In this document: positions 1 through 9,890 of the stretch, piece by piece
How the letters are laid out: each line of letters opens with the position of its first letter
Position numbering within the stretch: the stretch's first letter is position 1
Assembly: GCA_036502405.1 (NCBI GenBank)
Contig: DASXYP010000047.1
Location: 10,432-74,431 of the forward strand
Reading direction: 5' to 3'
DNA from: Acidimicrobiia bacterium
GTDB taxonomy: Bacteria > Actinomycetota > Acidimicrobiia > IMCC26256 > JAENVU01
DNA length: 64,000 nt
Made by a program: the position numbers and the translations under genes
Notes under the pieces: model-generated
What the model was told of the DNA's origin: nothing
The model's input: only the letters and a program-made list of their open reading frames with translations
The model's database searches: none

Positions 1-794
1 GGGTCGCGGAACTCGACGTTCGCGCTCATCGCGTGGCCCACGTACACCGGGACCCGCACACACGTGCCCGTGACGCGCATCGCGTCGTCGTGGAGGATCT
101 TGCGGCTCTCGTGGACGAGCTTCCACTCCTCCGAGGTGTACCCCGCGTCCTTCACCGAGCCGGCGAGCGGGATCACGTTGCCGGCGATCGGCTTGGACCA
201 GACCGCGCCCGGCATGAGCAGCCCGTCCACCGTGGCGGCGCGTCGCAGCTGGTCGGTCGCACCGTCGAGCTTGGCCCACTGGCCCTCGAGCTCCTCGATC
301 CCGGCCACGCCCGCCCCGGACACCGACTGGTAGGTCGAGACCACGAGCCGCTCGATGCCCGCGGCGTGATGGAGCGGCCCGAGCGCGGTCACCAGGACCA
401 TCGTGGTGCAGTTCGGGCACGACGCGATCCCCTTCGGGAGGTCGCGCATGTCCTCGGGGTTCACCTCGGCGACGACGAGCGGCACGTCCCGATCCATCCG
501 GAACGCGGCGGAGTTGTCGATGACCTGCGCCCCGGCCGCGGCGGCGACGGGCGCCCACTCGAGCGCGATCGGGTCGTCGACGTCGACGATCACGAGGTCG
601 AGCCCTTCGAAGCAGCCCGGCGCCAGCACCTCACAGGTCACTTCGCCACCGGCGAAGGGCAGGCGACGGCCCTCGGACCGGGCGGACGCGTACACCCGCA
701 GACCGTCGAGCGGGAACGACCGCTCGGCGAGCAGGGTCAGCATCTCCTGGCCGACGAGACCCGTCGCGCCGATGACGCCGACGGCCACACTCAT
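1..794 (-). CDS. asd: Aspartate-semialdehyde dehydrogenase (partial, runs off window start)
   Basis: Manual translation from ATG at 794: MSVAVGVIGATGLVGQEMLTLLAERSFPLDGLRVYASARSEG, a typical Asd Rossmann N-terminus; directly downstream of aspartate kinase. Not in the supplied ORF track. Confidence 0.95.
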   Translation of the reverse strand, partial: MSVAVGVIGATGLVGQEMLTLLAERSFPLDGLRVYASARSEGRRLPFAGGEVTCEVLAPGCFEGLDLVIVDVDDPIALEWAPVAAAAGAQVIDNSAAFRMDRDVPLVVAEVNPEDMRDLPKGIASCPNCTTMVLVTALGPLHHAAGIERLVVSTYQSVSGAGVAGIEELEGQWAKLDGATDQLRRAATVDGLLMPGAVWSKPIAGNVIPLAGSVKDAGYTSEEWKLVHESRKILHDDAMRVTGTCVRVPVYVGHAMSANVEFRD

Positions 795-858
795 CGTTCC
801 CACTCCGCCGTTCGGGGCCGCTGCGCCCTCCGCACTGCGTGCCCGCTCCGGTCTGCGC

Positions 859-2079
859 TCATGACGCGTGCTCGAGCTCGAAGGCGGAGTGCAGTGCCCG
901 GACCGCAGCCTCGACGTCGGACTCCTGGACCACGCACGAGATCCGGATCGACGACGTGCTGATCATCTCGATGTTCACGCCCTCGTTCGACAGGACCTCG
1001 AACATCTTGGCGGCGACACCCGGGTTCGTCTTCATGCCCGCGCCGACCAGCGTGACCCGCGCGACCCCGGCGTCGTGCGTGACGCCGCTCGCCTCGATCT
1101 CGGCCGCGACCTTCTCCATCACGGTGAGGCCCCGGTGCAGGTCGTCGCGCGGGACCGTGAACGAGATGTCGGTGTGCCCGGCGGTCGAGACGTTCTGCAC
1201 GATCATGTCGACGTTCACCGACTCGTCGGCCAGCGCGCGGAACAGCGCCGCCGCGACCCCGGGCCGGTCGGCGACCTGCGAGATCGTGATCTTCGCCTCG
1301 GAGATGTCGTGGGTGACACCGGAGATGATCGCCTCTTCCATGGTGGGGTCCTCCTCGACCACCCAGGTCCCGGGCTCCCAGGTGAAGCTCGAGCGCACGT
1401 GGACGGGCACGTTGTAGTTGCGGGCGAACTCGACCGAGCGCAGCGCGAGCACCTTGCCGCCGGTCGCGGCCATCTCGAGCATCTCGTTGAAGGAGACGCG
1501 CGCGAGCTTGCGGGCCTCGGGAACGACGCGCGGGTCAGCGGTGAACACGCCGGACACGTCGGTGTAGATCTCGCAGACCTCGGCCCCGAGGGTGGCTGCG
1601 AGCGCCACCGCGGTGGTGTCCGACCCGCCCCGGCCGAGGGTGGTGATGTCGCGGGCGGTCGAGATGCCCTGGAACCCGGCGACGACGGCGACCGCACCGG
1701 CCGCGATCGTCTCTCGGATCCGGTCGCCCTTGACCTCGAGGATCTTGGCCTTGCCGTGGACCGTGTCGGTGACGATCCCGGCCTGCGACCCGGTGAAGCT
1801 CACGGCGTGGACCCCCTGGTCCATGATCGCCATGCAGAGCAGGGCCATCGAGATGCGCTCGCCGGCGGTCAGGAGCATGTCGAGCTCGCGCCCGTGCGGG
1901 TCCTGGGCGACGTCGTGGGCGAGCCGGACGAGGTCGTCGGTCGTCTTGCCCATGGCCGAGACGACCACGATGACCTGGTTCCCCTGGCGGTGGGTCCGCA
2001 CGATGTGCTCCGCGACCGCGCGGATGCGGTCCGGATCCGCGACCGACGTTCCGCCGAACTTCTGGACGACCACTGGCAC
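859..2079 (-). CDS. ask: Aspartate kinase with two C-terminal ACT domains
   Basis: [38 protein letters not shown] motifs; GTG start 6 nt after TACCCT. Confidence 0.97.
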   Translation of the reverse strand: MPVVVQKFGGTSVADPDRIRAVAEHIVRTHRQGNQVIVVVSAMGKTTDDLVRLAHDVAQDPHGRELDMLLTAGERISMALLCMAIMDQGVHAVSFTGSQAGIVTDTVHGKAKILEVKGDRIRETIAAGAVAVVAGFQGISTARDITTLGRGGSDTTAVALAATLGAEVCEIYTDVSGVFTADPRVVPEARKLARVSFNEMLEMAATGGKVLALRSVEFARNYNVPVHVRSSFTWEPGTWVVEEDPTMEEAIISGVTHDISEAKITISQVADRPGVAAALFRALADESVNVDMIVQNVSTAGHTDISFTVPRDDLHRGLTVMEKVAAEIEASGVTHDAGVARVTLVGAGMKTNPGVAAKMFEVLSNEGVNIEMISTSSIRISCVVQESDVEAAVRALHSAFELEHAS

Positions 2080-2177
2080 GCGACAAGGGTAGGCGCGCCC
2101 CCTGGCCCGGCCCGCCGCTATTGGGCCTGCTGACGTCTGGCAGAATGCCCTGTCCGGTATTGGGGGGAGTGTTCAGA

Positions 2178-4481
2178 ATGCGCCGTACGCAGCTGGCGGC
2201 GTCGGGTCTCGCCGTCATCCTCGGGCTCGCGCTCCTGCCCGCACCTGGCGCCGCCGCCGCCACTCGGGCCACGACCACGCCCACGGACATGACCGTCCGG
2301 GGCAGCGTCCACCAGGTCGACGTCATCCAGGCCCCGCCCGCCACCGGCGTCGACCTTCGCCGCCGGGGACGGGTGCTCCAGTCGGGGACGACCGACGAGC
2401 TGGGCGGCTACCTGTTCCGCAACGTCGACGCGGGCGACGGCTACACGGTCTCGCTGCGGACCGACGGCCACCCGACGTCGGCACCGGTCCAGGTGATGGC
2501 CGCGTCCGAGACCCCACCGCAGTCCCTCTACTCCGGTCAGCGGCTCGCGGTGGACAACCTGACTCCGACCAGCGGCTACGGCTACCTGAAGACCCGGGAC
2601 GGCACGACGCTCTCGGTGCAGGTCGTGCTGCCGGGCCCGCCGGACAAGGGTCCGTACCCGAGCGTCGTCGAGTACTCGGGCTACGACCCGTCGAGCCCGA
2701 CCACGTCCCAGCCCCAGTACAAGCTGCTCGCGCCCCTGCTCGGGATGGCGTGGGTAGGCGTGAACATCCGCGGCACCGGTTGCTCGGGCGGTGCGTACAA
2801 CTTCTTCGAGAACCTGCAGTCGCTCGACGGCTACGACGCGATCGAGGCCGTCGCCGCGCAGCCGTGGTCGACCGGGCGCGTCGGCATGGTCGGCATCTCG
2901 TTCGCCGGGATCAGCCAGCTGTTCGTCGCCCGGTCGCGCCCGCCGCACCTCGACGCGATCACCCCGCTCTCGGTGATCGACGACACGTGGCGCGGAACGC
3001 TCTTCCCCGGCGGGATCTACAACGACGGCTTCGCGAAGGGCTGGGCGCAGGAGCGCCTCGACCAGAACAAGTGGCCCAACCCGAACGCGCCGGGCTGGGT
3101 GAAGACCCGCATCAGCGGCGGCGACACCGAGTGCGCGGACAACATGCTGCTGCGCGGCCAGAACGTCGACCTGCAGCAGCAGACCACACGGCACCCGTAC
3201 GTCTCCGCGCTCGATCCCGAGTTCAAGTACGACTTCCCGAACGGCGCGGATTCGCTCGCCCCCGAGGCGTTCGTGAAGGACATCACCGCGCCGGTGTTCA
3301 TCGCCGGGGCATGGCAGGACGAGCAGACCGGCGGCCACTGGGCGGACATGCTCAACCGCTTCGCCCCGACGACCAAGGTGCGCGCGGTGGGGCAGAACGG
3401 CGTCCACACGGAGTCGCTCGACCCTTCGGTCCTCGCCGAGATGCTCGAGTTCCTCGACTTCTACGTCGCGCAGAAGGTCCCGACGATCCCCGCGAGCGTG
3501 CGGGCCACCGCGCCGGCCATCTGGGCATCGATCACCGGCGTACCCGGCCTGACGATCCCCCCGGACCGCTTCTCGCCGTCGACCGACTTCGCGACCGCGC
3601 TCCACCAGTTCGAGTCCGATCCCCCGGTGCGCATCAACTGGGAGGTGGGCAACGCGCCCGGCGCGCCGGCGGGCGCGCCGGTCCCCAGCGCCGAGACGCG
3701 GTACCCGTCGTGGCCGATCCCCGACGTCACCCCGACGTCCTGGTACCTGCTGCCCGGTGGGGGTCTCGGCACGCAACCCGCGCGCGGGCACGACGCCGAG
3801 CGTGCTGACCGCTACCAGGGTGATCCGTCCGCGCGTCCCCGCACGAGCTACACCGGCTCGGGCGACGGCATCTGGGCCGCGAACCCGGCGTACAGCTGGG
3901 CCCCCGTGGTCGACGGGAAGTCGCTCTCGTACCTGTCGAGCGCACTCCCTCAGACCGTCTCGATGGCGGGCACGGGATCGGTCGACCTCTGGGTGAAGGC
4001 CAACCGCAGCGACGCGGACGTCCAGGTGACGCTGAGCGAGGTCCGGCCCGACGGCACCGAGCGCTACGTGCAGAACGGCTGGCTGCGGCTGAGCCACCGC
4101 GCGCTCGACCGGGCCCGCTCGACCGTGCTCGACCCGATCCACACCGACACCCGGGCCGACCTGCAGCGGGTCCCGCGCCACCGCTTCGTCAAGGCCCGGG
4201 TGCAGATCTTCCCGTTCGCCTACTCGTTCCGGGCCGGCAGCCGCATCCGCGTGACCGTCCAGGCGCCCGGCGGGGACCGCCCCCTCTGGACCTTCGACAC
4301 GCCGACCGGCGACCGCGCCGCCGCGGTCTCGGTCGCGCACGACCGGGGCCACGCCTCGAAGGTCGTCCTCCCGGTCCTGCCCGTGAACCCCGCGCTCGCC
4401 GCGGCCCCGGCGCCGTGCCCGTCGCTGCGGGCCGAGCCGTGCCGCACCTACGTCGCGCCCTCCGCTGCTGCCGGGCACTGA
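2178..4481 (+). CDS. Secreted CocE/NonD-family (S15-like) hydrolase with N-terminal Ig/carboxypeptidase-like domain
   Basis: Signal-peptide-like N-terminus (MRRTQLAASGLAVILGLALL), YSGY motif, GISFAG nucleophile elbow, PepX_C-like C-terminus; start chosen at ATG 2178 after GGGGGAG. Confidence 0.85.
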   Translation: MRRTQLAASGLAVILGLALLPAPGAAAATRATTTPTDMTVRGSVHQVDVIQAPPATGVDLRRRGRVLQSGTTDELGGYLFRNVDAGDGYTVSLRTDGHPTSAPVQVMAASETPPQSLYSGQRLAVDNLTPTSGYGYLKTRDGTTLSVQVVLPGPPDKGPYPSVVEYSGYDPSSPTTSQPQYKLLAPLLGMAWVGVNIRGTGCSGGAYNFFENLQSLDGYDAIEAVAAQPWSTGRVGMVGISFAGISQLFVARSRPPHLDAITPLSVIDDTWRGTLFPGGIYNDGFAKGWAQERLDQNKWPNPNAPGWVKTRISGGDTECADNMLLRGQNVDLQQQTTRHPYVSALDPEFKYDFPNGADSLAPEAFVKDITAPVFIAGAWQDEQTGGHWADMLNRFAPTTKVRAVGQNGVHTESLDPSVLAEMLEFLDFYVAQKVPTIPASVRATAPAIWASITGVPGLTIPPDRFSPSTDFATALHQFESDPPVRINWEVGNAPGAPAGAPVPSAETRYPSWPIPDVTPTSWYLLPGGGLGTQPARGHDAERADRYQGDPSARPRTSYTGSGDGIWAANPAYSWAPVVDGKSLSYLSSALPQTVSMAGTGSVDLWVKANRSDADVQVTLSEVRPDGTERYVQNGWLRLSHRALDRARSTVLDPIHTDTRADLQRVPRHRFVKARVQIFPFAYSFRAGSRIRVTVQAPGGDRPLWTFDTPTGDRAAAVSVAHDRGHASKVVLPVLPVNPALAAAPAPCPSLRAEPCRTYVAPSAAAGH

Positions 4482-4503
4482 CCGGGTCCTAGACTCCGCC
4501 CTC

Positions 4504-5262
4504 GTGTCCAAGGCAGACAAGCGCGAACGGCAACGTCAGAACCGCGAGCTCGCACGGCAGGAGCGCGAGCGATTGATGAAGCGGGACCGGAGGATGCGCA
4601 GTGCGCGCGGCCTCCTGTTCGTGCTCGTCCCGATCATCGCGGTCATCGTGATCTACTCGCTCGTGAAGGGCGACGACTCGTCGAGCGCGGCGACGAAGCA
4701 GAACGGCTGCACCAAGGTGACCTCGTCGAAGCTGCCGACGAAGGACACGTCGCAGAAGGCGCCTGCGATGACCATCGACCCCAACAAGACCTACACGGCG
4801 AAGATCGCCACGAGCTGCGGGACGATGACGGTCGACCTCGACGCCAAGACCGCGCCCATCGCGACGAACAACTTCGTGTCGCTCGCGAAGGAGGGCTTCT
4901 ATGACGGGCTGCCCTTCCACCGCGCGGCCAAGGACTTCGTGATCCAGGGCGGCGACCCGAAGGGCGACGGGTCGGGCGGTCCCGGGTACAGCGTGAAGGG
5001 CGAGGTCCCGACCGACCACTACCCGGTCGGGGCGCTCGCGGCGGCGAAGTCCGGTGGCGCCCCGGCCGGTGACTTCGGCTCGCAGTTCTTCATCGTGACC
5101 GGGGCGCAGGGGGCCACCCTGCCGAACGACTACGCGCGGTTCGGCAACGTGTCGAGCGGGATCAGCGTCGCGAAGAAGATCGGCTCGTTCGCCCCCTCGA
5201 ACGGCGACGGCCCGCCGACCCAGAAGGTGCTGATCGACAAGATCACGATCTCCGAGTCGTAG
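4504..5262 (+). CDS. Membrane-anchored cyclophilin-type peptidyl-prolyl isomerase
   Basis: Basic N-terminus plus one TM segment; FYDGLPFHR, QGGDP, GSQFFI motifs. Confidence 0.93.
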   Translation: MSKADKRERQRQNRELARQERERLMKRDRRMRSARGLLFVLVPIIAVIVIYSLVKGDDSSSAATKQNGCTKVTSSKLPTKDTSQKAPAMTIDPNKTYTAKIATSCGTMTVDLDAKTAPIATNNFVSLAKEGFYDGLPFHRAAKDFVIQGGDPKGDGSGGPGYSVKGEVPTDHYPVGALAAAKSGGAPAGDFGSQFFIVTGAQGATLPNDYARFGNVSSGISVAKKIGSFAPSNGDGPPTQKVLIDKITISES

Positions 5263-5274
5263 ACCCGCCCGGGA

Positions 5275-5979
5275 CTACGGGAGGTCGACGCCGGTCGATC
5301 CGCTCGCGAGGTTCGTCGGCTCCGCGCCGGCGTAGAGCGTCACGCCACCGGCTCCGGCGACCGACCAGCTCGGCCCGGGCCGGCGCAGGAGCGCGGTCTC
5401 CTCGTCGATGCCGGCCAGGACCGCGGCGGCGGGGAGCAGGTCGATCGAGCGCTCGCGCAGGTGGTCGGCCGCGCTGCCGTGGTACGGGAACACCGCGACA
5501 CCCACCACGACACCCAGACCGACGGTGTACGCGCCGCCGCGAGGATCGACCATCGGGTCGCAGAGCACGGTCGCACCGGCACCCGAGGCCGCGAGGACCG
5601 AGCCGCTGCGGTACGCGGCGAGCAGCGCCTCGAAGAGGCCCGACCCCTTGAGCACCGAGCGCAGGTGCAGGGGTGATCCGTCGGAGATGTAGACGAAGCG
5701 GGCGTCGCGCACCGTCTCCGCGATCTCCGCGCTCTCCGCCTCGGTGCGGTGCAGCACCGGCAGCTCGCGGACCTTCGCGCCGAGCTTGGCGAAGTGCGCG
5801 CCCGCGGCGTCGACGACCCGGTCCGGGTGCTCGTAGGCCGCCGCGGTCGGCAGGACCAGCACCTCGGTCCCGCCGCTCGCCTCCAGCAGTGCCGCGTCCA
5901 GGTCACGGGTGCCGTCGCGCCACTCGCCCCCGCCGACCAGCGCGAGCGTGCCGGCGACTTCGGTACCCGAGGAGGTCAT
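5275..5979 (-). CDS. Peptidase S51/cyanophycinase-like (type 1 glutamine amidotransferase fold) protein, possibly catalytically degenerate
   Basis: LVGGGE, VLPTAAA, YISDGSP motifs; elbow reads ASGAG and the His motif reads FPYH. Confidence 0.8.
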   Translation of the reverse strand: MTSSGTEVAGTLALVGGGEWRDGTRDLDAALLEASGGTEVLVLPTAAAYEHPDRVVDAAGAHFAKLGAKVRELPVLHRTEAESAEIAETVRDARFVYISDGSPLHLRSVLKGSGLFEALLAAYRSGSVLAASGAGATVLCDPMVDPRGGAYTVGLGVVVGVAVFPYHGSAADHLRERSIDLLPAAAVLAGIDEETALLRRPGPSWSVAGAGGVTLYAGAEPTNLASGSTGVDLP

Positions 5980-6085
5980 CGCCGGGCACCTTATCCAGCG
6001 GTTCGCGGGCCCGGCTCGCCTGGCGACCCGTCCTTACCGGCCGGTAACCTCTCCGGTTCCACACCGGCCGCAGGGGGAAGTCACG

Positions 6086-6943
6086 ATGAGCGTCAAGCGC
6101 TTGGGAGTCGTCGGTTCCGGCATCATGGGTTCCGGGATCGCAGAGGTCGCCGCGAAGGCAGGCATCGAGGTCGTCCTGCGGAGCCGGTCCCAGACCACCG
6201 CCGACGCGATGGTCGCGGGGCTCGAGAAGTCCCTCGCCAAGCAGGTCGAGCGGGGCAAGCTCGAAGCCGCGGAGCGCGACGCGGTGCTCGCCCGGGTGCG
6301 CGCGGTCAGCGACCTCGAGGAGCTCGCGGACTGCGATCTGGTGCTCGAGTCGATCGTCGAGGACCTCGCGGCGAAGAAGCACCTGTTCAGCGAGCTCGAC
6401 CGGATCGTGGCGGAGGGTGCGATCCTGGCGACGAACACGTCGACCCTGCCGGTCGTCGAGATGGCGATGGAGACCGGACGGCCCGAGCGCGTCTGCGGCA
6501 TCCACTTCTTCAACCCGGCGCCGATGATGCCGCTGGTCGAGGTGGTGCGGTCGATCACGACGAGCGACGAGACCGTCGCCGCGGCCCGGGCCTTCGCCGA
6601 CGCGTGCGGCAAGAACCCGGTCGAGGTCAGGGACCAGGCCGGGTTCATCGTCAACGCGCTGCTGTTCCCCTACCTCAACAACGCGGTGAAGCTGCTCGAC
6701 GCCGGCGTCGCGACCCGTGAGGACATCGACGCGGCGATGCAGGGCGGCTGCAACTTCCCGATGGGTCCGCTCGCCCTGCTCGACCTCGTGGGCCTCGACA
6801 CGAGCCTCGCGATCCTCGAGGCGCTCTACGCCGAGTTCAAGGACCCGAACTACGCGCCCGCACCCCTCCTGCGGCGGATGGTCAGCGCAGAGCGGTTGGG
6901 CCGCAAGAGCGGCCAGGGCTTCTTCGACTACCGCAAGAAGTAA
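6086..6943 (+). CDS. 3-hydroxybutyryl-CoA dehydrogenase
   Basis: GVVGSGIMGSGIA, ESIVE, TNTSTLP, HFFNP, GFIVN, PMGP motifs; SD AGGGGGAAG before ATG 6086. Confidence 0.93.
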   Translation: MSVKRLGVVGSGIMGSGIAEVAAKAGIEVVLRSRSQTTADAMVAGLEKSLAKQVERGKLEAAERDAVLARVRAVSDLEELADCDLVLESIVEDLAAKKHLFSELDRIVAEGAILATNTSTLPVVEMAMETGRPERVCGIHFFNPAPMMPLVEVVRSITTSDETVAAARAFADACGKNPVEVRDQAGFIVNALLFPYLNNAVKLLDAGVATREDIDAAMQGGCNFPMGPLALLDLVGLDTSLAILEALYAEFKDPNYAPAPLLRRMVSAERLGRKSGQGFFDYRKK

Positions 6944-6996
6944 TCGCCTTTCCGGTCACGCTCGCTGGGCTGCGGGGCAGAGAGCTTGCTCGTCCA

Positions 6997-7018
6997 CTGC
7001 TCGCCGCTCCGCGAGCAG
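6997..7018. terminator. GC-rich hairpin downstream of the 3-hydroxybutyryl-CoA dehydrogenase gene
   Basis: CTGCTCGC-(CGCTCC)-GCGAGCAG, perfect 8-bp stem. Confidence 0.45.
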
Positions 7019-7097
7019 CCGCGGCTCGCACGTGCGTTGTGCATCGGGCGTGCCGCGGCGATTGTGGTTTCCTCACTCGCGCGGGGACAATGGTGAC

Positions 7098-9113
7098 GTG
7101 ACGCAACGCGACCGGCCCTGGGTCATCCGCACGTACTCCGGCCACTCGTCGGCGAAGGCCTCGAACGAGCTCTACCGCGCGAACCTGGCGAAGGGGCAGA
7201 CCGGGCTGTCGGTTGCGTTCGACCTCCCGACCCAGACCGGGTACGACGCCGACCACGTGCTCGCCCGGGGCGAGGTCGGCAAGGTCGGCGTGCCGGTGCC
7301 GCACCTCGGTGAGATGCGGACGTTGTTCGACGGCATGCCGCTCGAGGACATGAACACGTCGATGACGATCAACGCGACCGCGATGTGGCTCCTCGCGCTC
7401 TACATCGCACTCGCCGAGGAGCGCGGCGTCGATCCTCACGTCCTCGCGGGCACGACGCAGAACGACATCGTGAAGGAGTTCCTCTCGCGCGGCACGTTCA
7501 TCTTCGGCCCGGAGCCGAGCCGCCGGCTCACCGTCGACGTCATCACCCACACCGTGAAGCACCTGCCCCGCTGGAACCCGATCAACGTCTGCCCGTACCA
7601 CCTGCAGGAGGCCGGCGCGACTCCGGTGCAGGAGCTCGCGTACGGGCTCGCGACGGCGGTCGGCGTCCTCGACGCGGTACGGGACTCGGGCCAGGTCGGC
7701 CCCGAGGACTTCCCCCAGGTGGTCGGCCGGATCTCGTTCTTCATCGACGCGGGGATCCGCTTCGTCGAGGAGATGTGCAAGATGCGCGCGTTCACCGCGC
7801 TGTGGGACCGCATCTGCCTCGAGCGCTACGGGGTGCAGGACGAGAAGCTCCGCCGCTTCCGCTACGGCGTGCAGGTCAACTCGCTCGGCCTCACCGAGGC
7901 TCAGCCCGAGAACAACGTCCAGCGGATCGTCCTCGAGATGCTCGGGGTGACCCTGTCGCGCGACGCGCGAGCCCGGGCCTTGCAGCTGCCGTGCTGGAAC
8001 GAGGCGCTCGGGCTCCCCCGTTCGTGGGACCAGCAGTGGTCGCTGCGCATGCAGCAGGTGCTCGCGTACGAGACCGACCTGCTCGAGTACGGCGACCTGT
8101 TCGAGGGCTCGAAGGTCGTCGAGGCGAAGGTCGAGGAGCTCTCGACCGCCGCGTGGGAAGAGCTGCAGTGGGTGCTCGACGGTGGCGGCGCGTTCGAGAT
8201 GATCGACGAGATCAAGGGCCGGCTCGTGCAGTCCAACGCGGAGCGGATCCGCCACATCGAGTCGGGCGCGACGACGGTGGTCGGCGTGAACTCCTTCACC
8301 GAGACCGAGGCGTCACCGCTCACCGCCGACCTCGAAGGCGAGTCGCACATCCTCGTGCTCGACCCGGCCGCCGAGGCCGAGCAGATCGCCCGCTTGGAGG
8401 AGTGGCGGCACGAACGTGACGCCGCGGCGGTGGACGTCGCGCTCAAGCGGCTGCGGGCGGCGGCCGCGACCGACGAGAACCTGATGGCGACGACCATCGA
8501 GCTGGCACGGGCCGGCGGCACGGTCGGCGAGTGGGCCGGCGCGCTGCGCGACGTGTTCGGGGAGTACCGCGCCCCGACCGGCGTCGGCGGCATCGCCGCG
8601 GGCGTGGCCGACGACATGCTGGCCGTGCGCACGCAGGTTCAGGCCGAGGCCAAGCAGCTCGGCGGCCCGCCCCGCATCCTCGTCGGCAAGCCCGGGCTCG
8701 ACGGCCACTCCAACGGGGCCGAGCAGATCGCGGTCGCGGCGCGCGACGCGGGCATGGAGGTCGTCTACCAAGGCATCCGCCTTACTCCGCTCCAGATCGC
8801 GACCGCCGCACGCGACGAGGACGTCGACGTCGTCGGCCTCTCGATCCTGTCTGGCTCGCACCTCGAGCTCGTGCCCGAGATCATCCGCCTGCTGCGATCG
8901 ATGGACGTCGACGCGCCGGTCGTGGTCGGCGGGATCATCCCCGAGCCGGACCAGGTCGTCCTGCGCAACGCCGGGGTCGCCGGGATCTACACGCCGAAGG
9001 ACTACCGATTTGCGCAGATCATGCGGGATGTCGCGGCCCTCGGTCTGGAACATCGCCGAAACCGCACAAAGCACTCCACCGCGGCGCGCGGTGAGCCGAT
9101 GGACTCCCCGTGA
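7098..9113 (+). CDS. ecm: Ethylmalonyl-CoA mutase (MeaA/Ecm), B12-dependent
   Basis: RDRPWVIRTYSGHS, KGQTGLSVAFDLPTQTGYD, MNTSMTINAT, C-terminal KPGLDGHSNGAEQIA B12-binding domain; near ccr and epimerase. Confidence 0.9.
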   Translation: MTQRDRPWVIRTYSGHSSAKASNELYRANLAKGQTGLSVAFDLPTQTGYDADHVLARGEVGKVGVPVPHLGEMRTLFDGMPLEDMNTSMTINATAMWLLALYIALAEERGVDPHVLAGTTQNDIVKEFLSRGTFIFGPEPSRRLTVDVITHTVKHLPRWNPINVCPYHLQEAGATPVQELAYGLATAVGVLDAVRDSGQVGPEDFPQVVGRISFFIDAGIRFVEEMCKMRAFTALWDRICLERYGVQDEKLRRFRYGVQVNSLGLTEAQPENNVQRIVLEMLGVTLSRDARARALQLPCWNEALGLPRSWDQQWSLRMQQVLAYETDLLEYGDLFEGSKVVEAKVEELSTAAWEELQWVLDGGGAFEMIDEIKGRLVQSNAERIRHIESGATTVVGVNSFTETEASPLTADLEGESHILVLDPAAEAEQIARLEEWRHERDAAAVDVALKRLRAAAATDENLMATTIELARAGGTVGEWAGALRDVFGEYRAPTGVGGIAAGVADDMLAVRTQVQAEAKQLGGPPRILVGKPGLDGHSNGAEQIAVAARDAGMEVVYQGIRLTPLQIATAARDEDVDVVGLSILSGSHLELVPEIIRLLRSMDVDAPVVVGGIIPEPDQVVLRNAGVAGIYTPKDYRFAQIMRDVAALGLEHRRNRTKHSTAARGEPMDSP

Positions 9114-9886
9114 TGGACCGCCGACTCGCGTTCTCGATCGGTGCCGGGTTCGCCTCGCTGGCGATCGGCATCGCAGTCGGAGTGCTGGGAATCCCCGAGC
9201 TCGCCGTGCTCAGTGGCTTGTTCGGGCTGCTCGCGGCCATCGCCGCGACCGCGCTGGGCGCCCGCACGCGAAGCGCCGAGGAGCAGCTCCACGAGATGAG
9301 CGTCGACCGGGCCCGGCTCCGCCGTGAGCTCGACGCGCTGGCGGCCATCTTCGCCGAGGAGGCGACCCGGCGGAGCTCCGCCGAGGAGTCCGCCGCCGAG
9401 CGCGCCGACTCGGAGCCGTTGGTCGATCCCATCTCGGGTCTGCTCGAGCAGCAGTTCTTCAAGGTCATCGTCCAGCAGCGGGTCGCGGCGGCCCGCCGCC
9501 AGCTCCAGCCGGTGTCCGTCGTCATCTTCGAGCTCGACGGCGTCGGCCGCTCGGACGCCGACACCCAGCACCAGGCGCTCGGCGTCCTCGGTGCGGTCGT
9601 GCGGCGCACGCTGCGCGAGTGCGACGCGGCCTGCCGCATCGGCGACACGATGGCCGCCGCGGTGCTCGAGGACACGGCCGAGGCCGGCGCGGTCTGGGCC
9701 GCCGAGCGCGTCCGCGGCACGTTGCACAGCAGCCCGGTCGGCGACTCCCTCACGATCTCGGCCGGCATCGCCTGCTACCCGAGCCACGCGCTCAACGCGC
9801 CCGAGCTCGTCGACCAGGCCGGCCGCGCCCTCGAGAGCGCCCGCGCCAGAGGCCGCGACCACGTAGAGATCGCCCAACCCGACTGA
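9110..9886 (+). CDS. Membrane-anchored degenerate GGDEF-domain protein
   Basis: Two N-terminal TM helices, coiled segment, VDPISGL, FELDGV, ISAGIACYP; signature motif reads IGDTM; GTGA/ATG overlap with ecm stop. Confidence 0.85.
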   Translation: MMDRRLAFSIGAGFASLAIGIAVGVLGIPELAVLSGLFGLLAAIAATALGARTRSAEEQLHEMSVDRARLRRELDALAAIFAEEATRRSSAEESAAERADSEPLVDPISGLLEQQFFKVIVQQRVAAARRQLQPVSVVIFELDGVGRSDADTQHQALGVLGAVVRRTLRECDAACRIGDTMAAAVLEDTAEAGAVWAAERVRGTLHSSPVGDSLTISAGIACYPSHALNAPELVDQAGRALESARARGRDHVEIAQPD

Positions 9887-9890
9887 CCTT

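Noticed and set aside
2118-4520. 800-aa minus-strand ORF and many similar long antisense ORFs (e.g. 24982-27285, 54557-56977, 59607-61706)
   Set aside because: Shadow frames opposite well-supported genes, typical of very high-GC DNA; no recognisable motifs.
6944-7097. Cobalamin riboswitch upstream of ecm
   Set aside because: No B12-box consensus; the gene appears leaderless (GACAAT 6 nt before GTG); the hairpins fit a terminator or REP.
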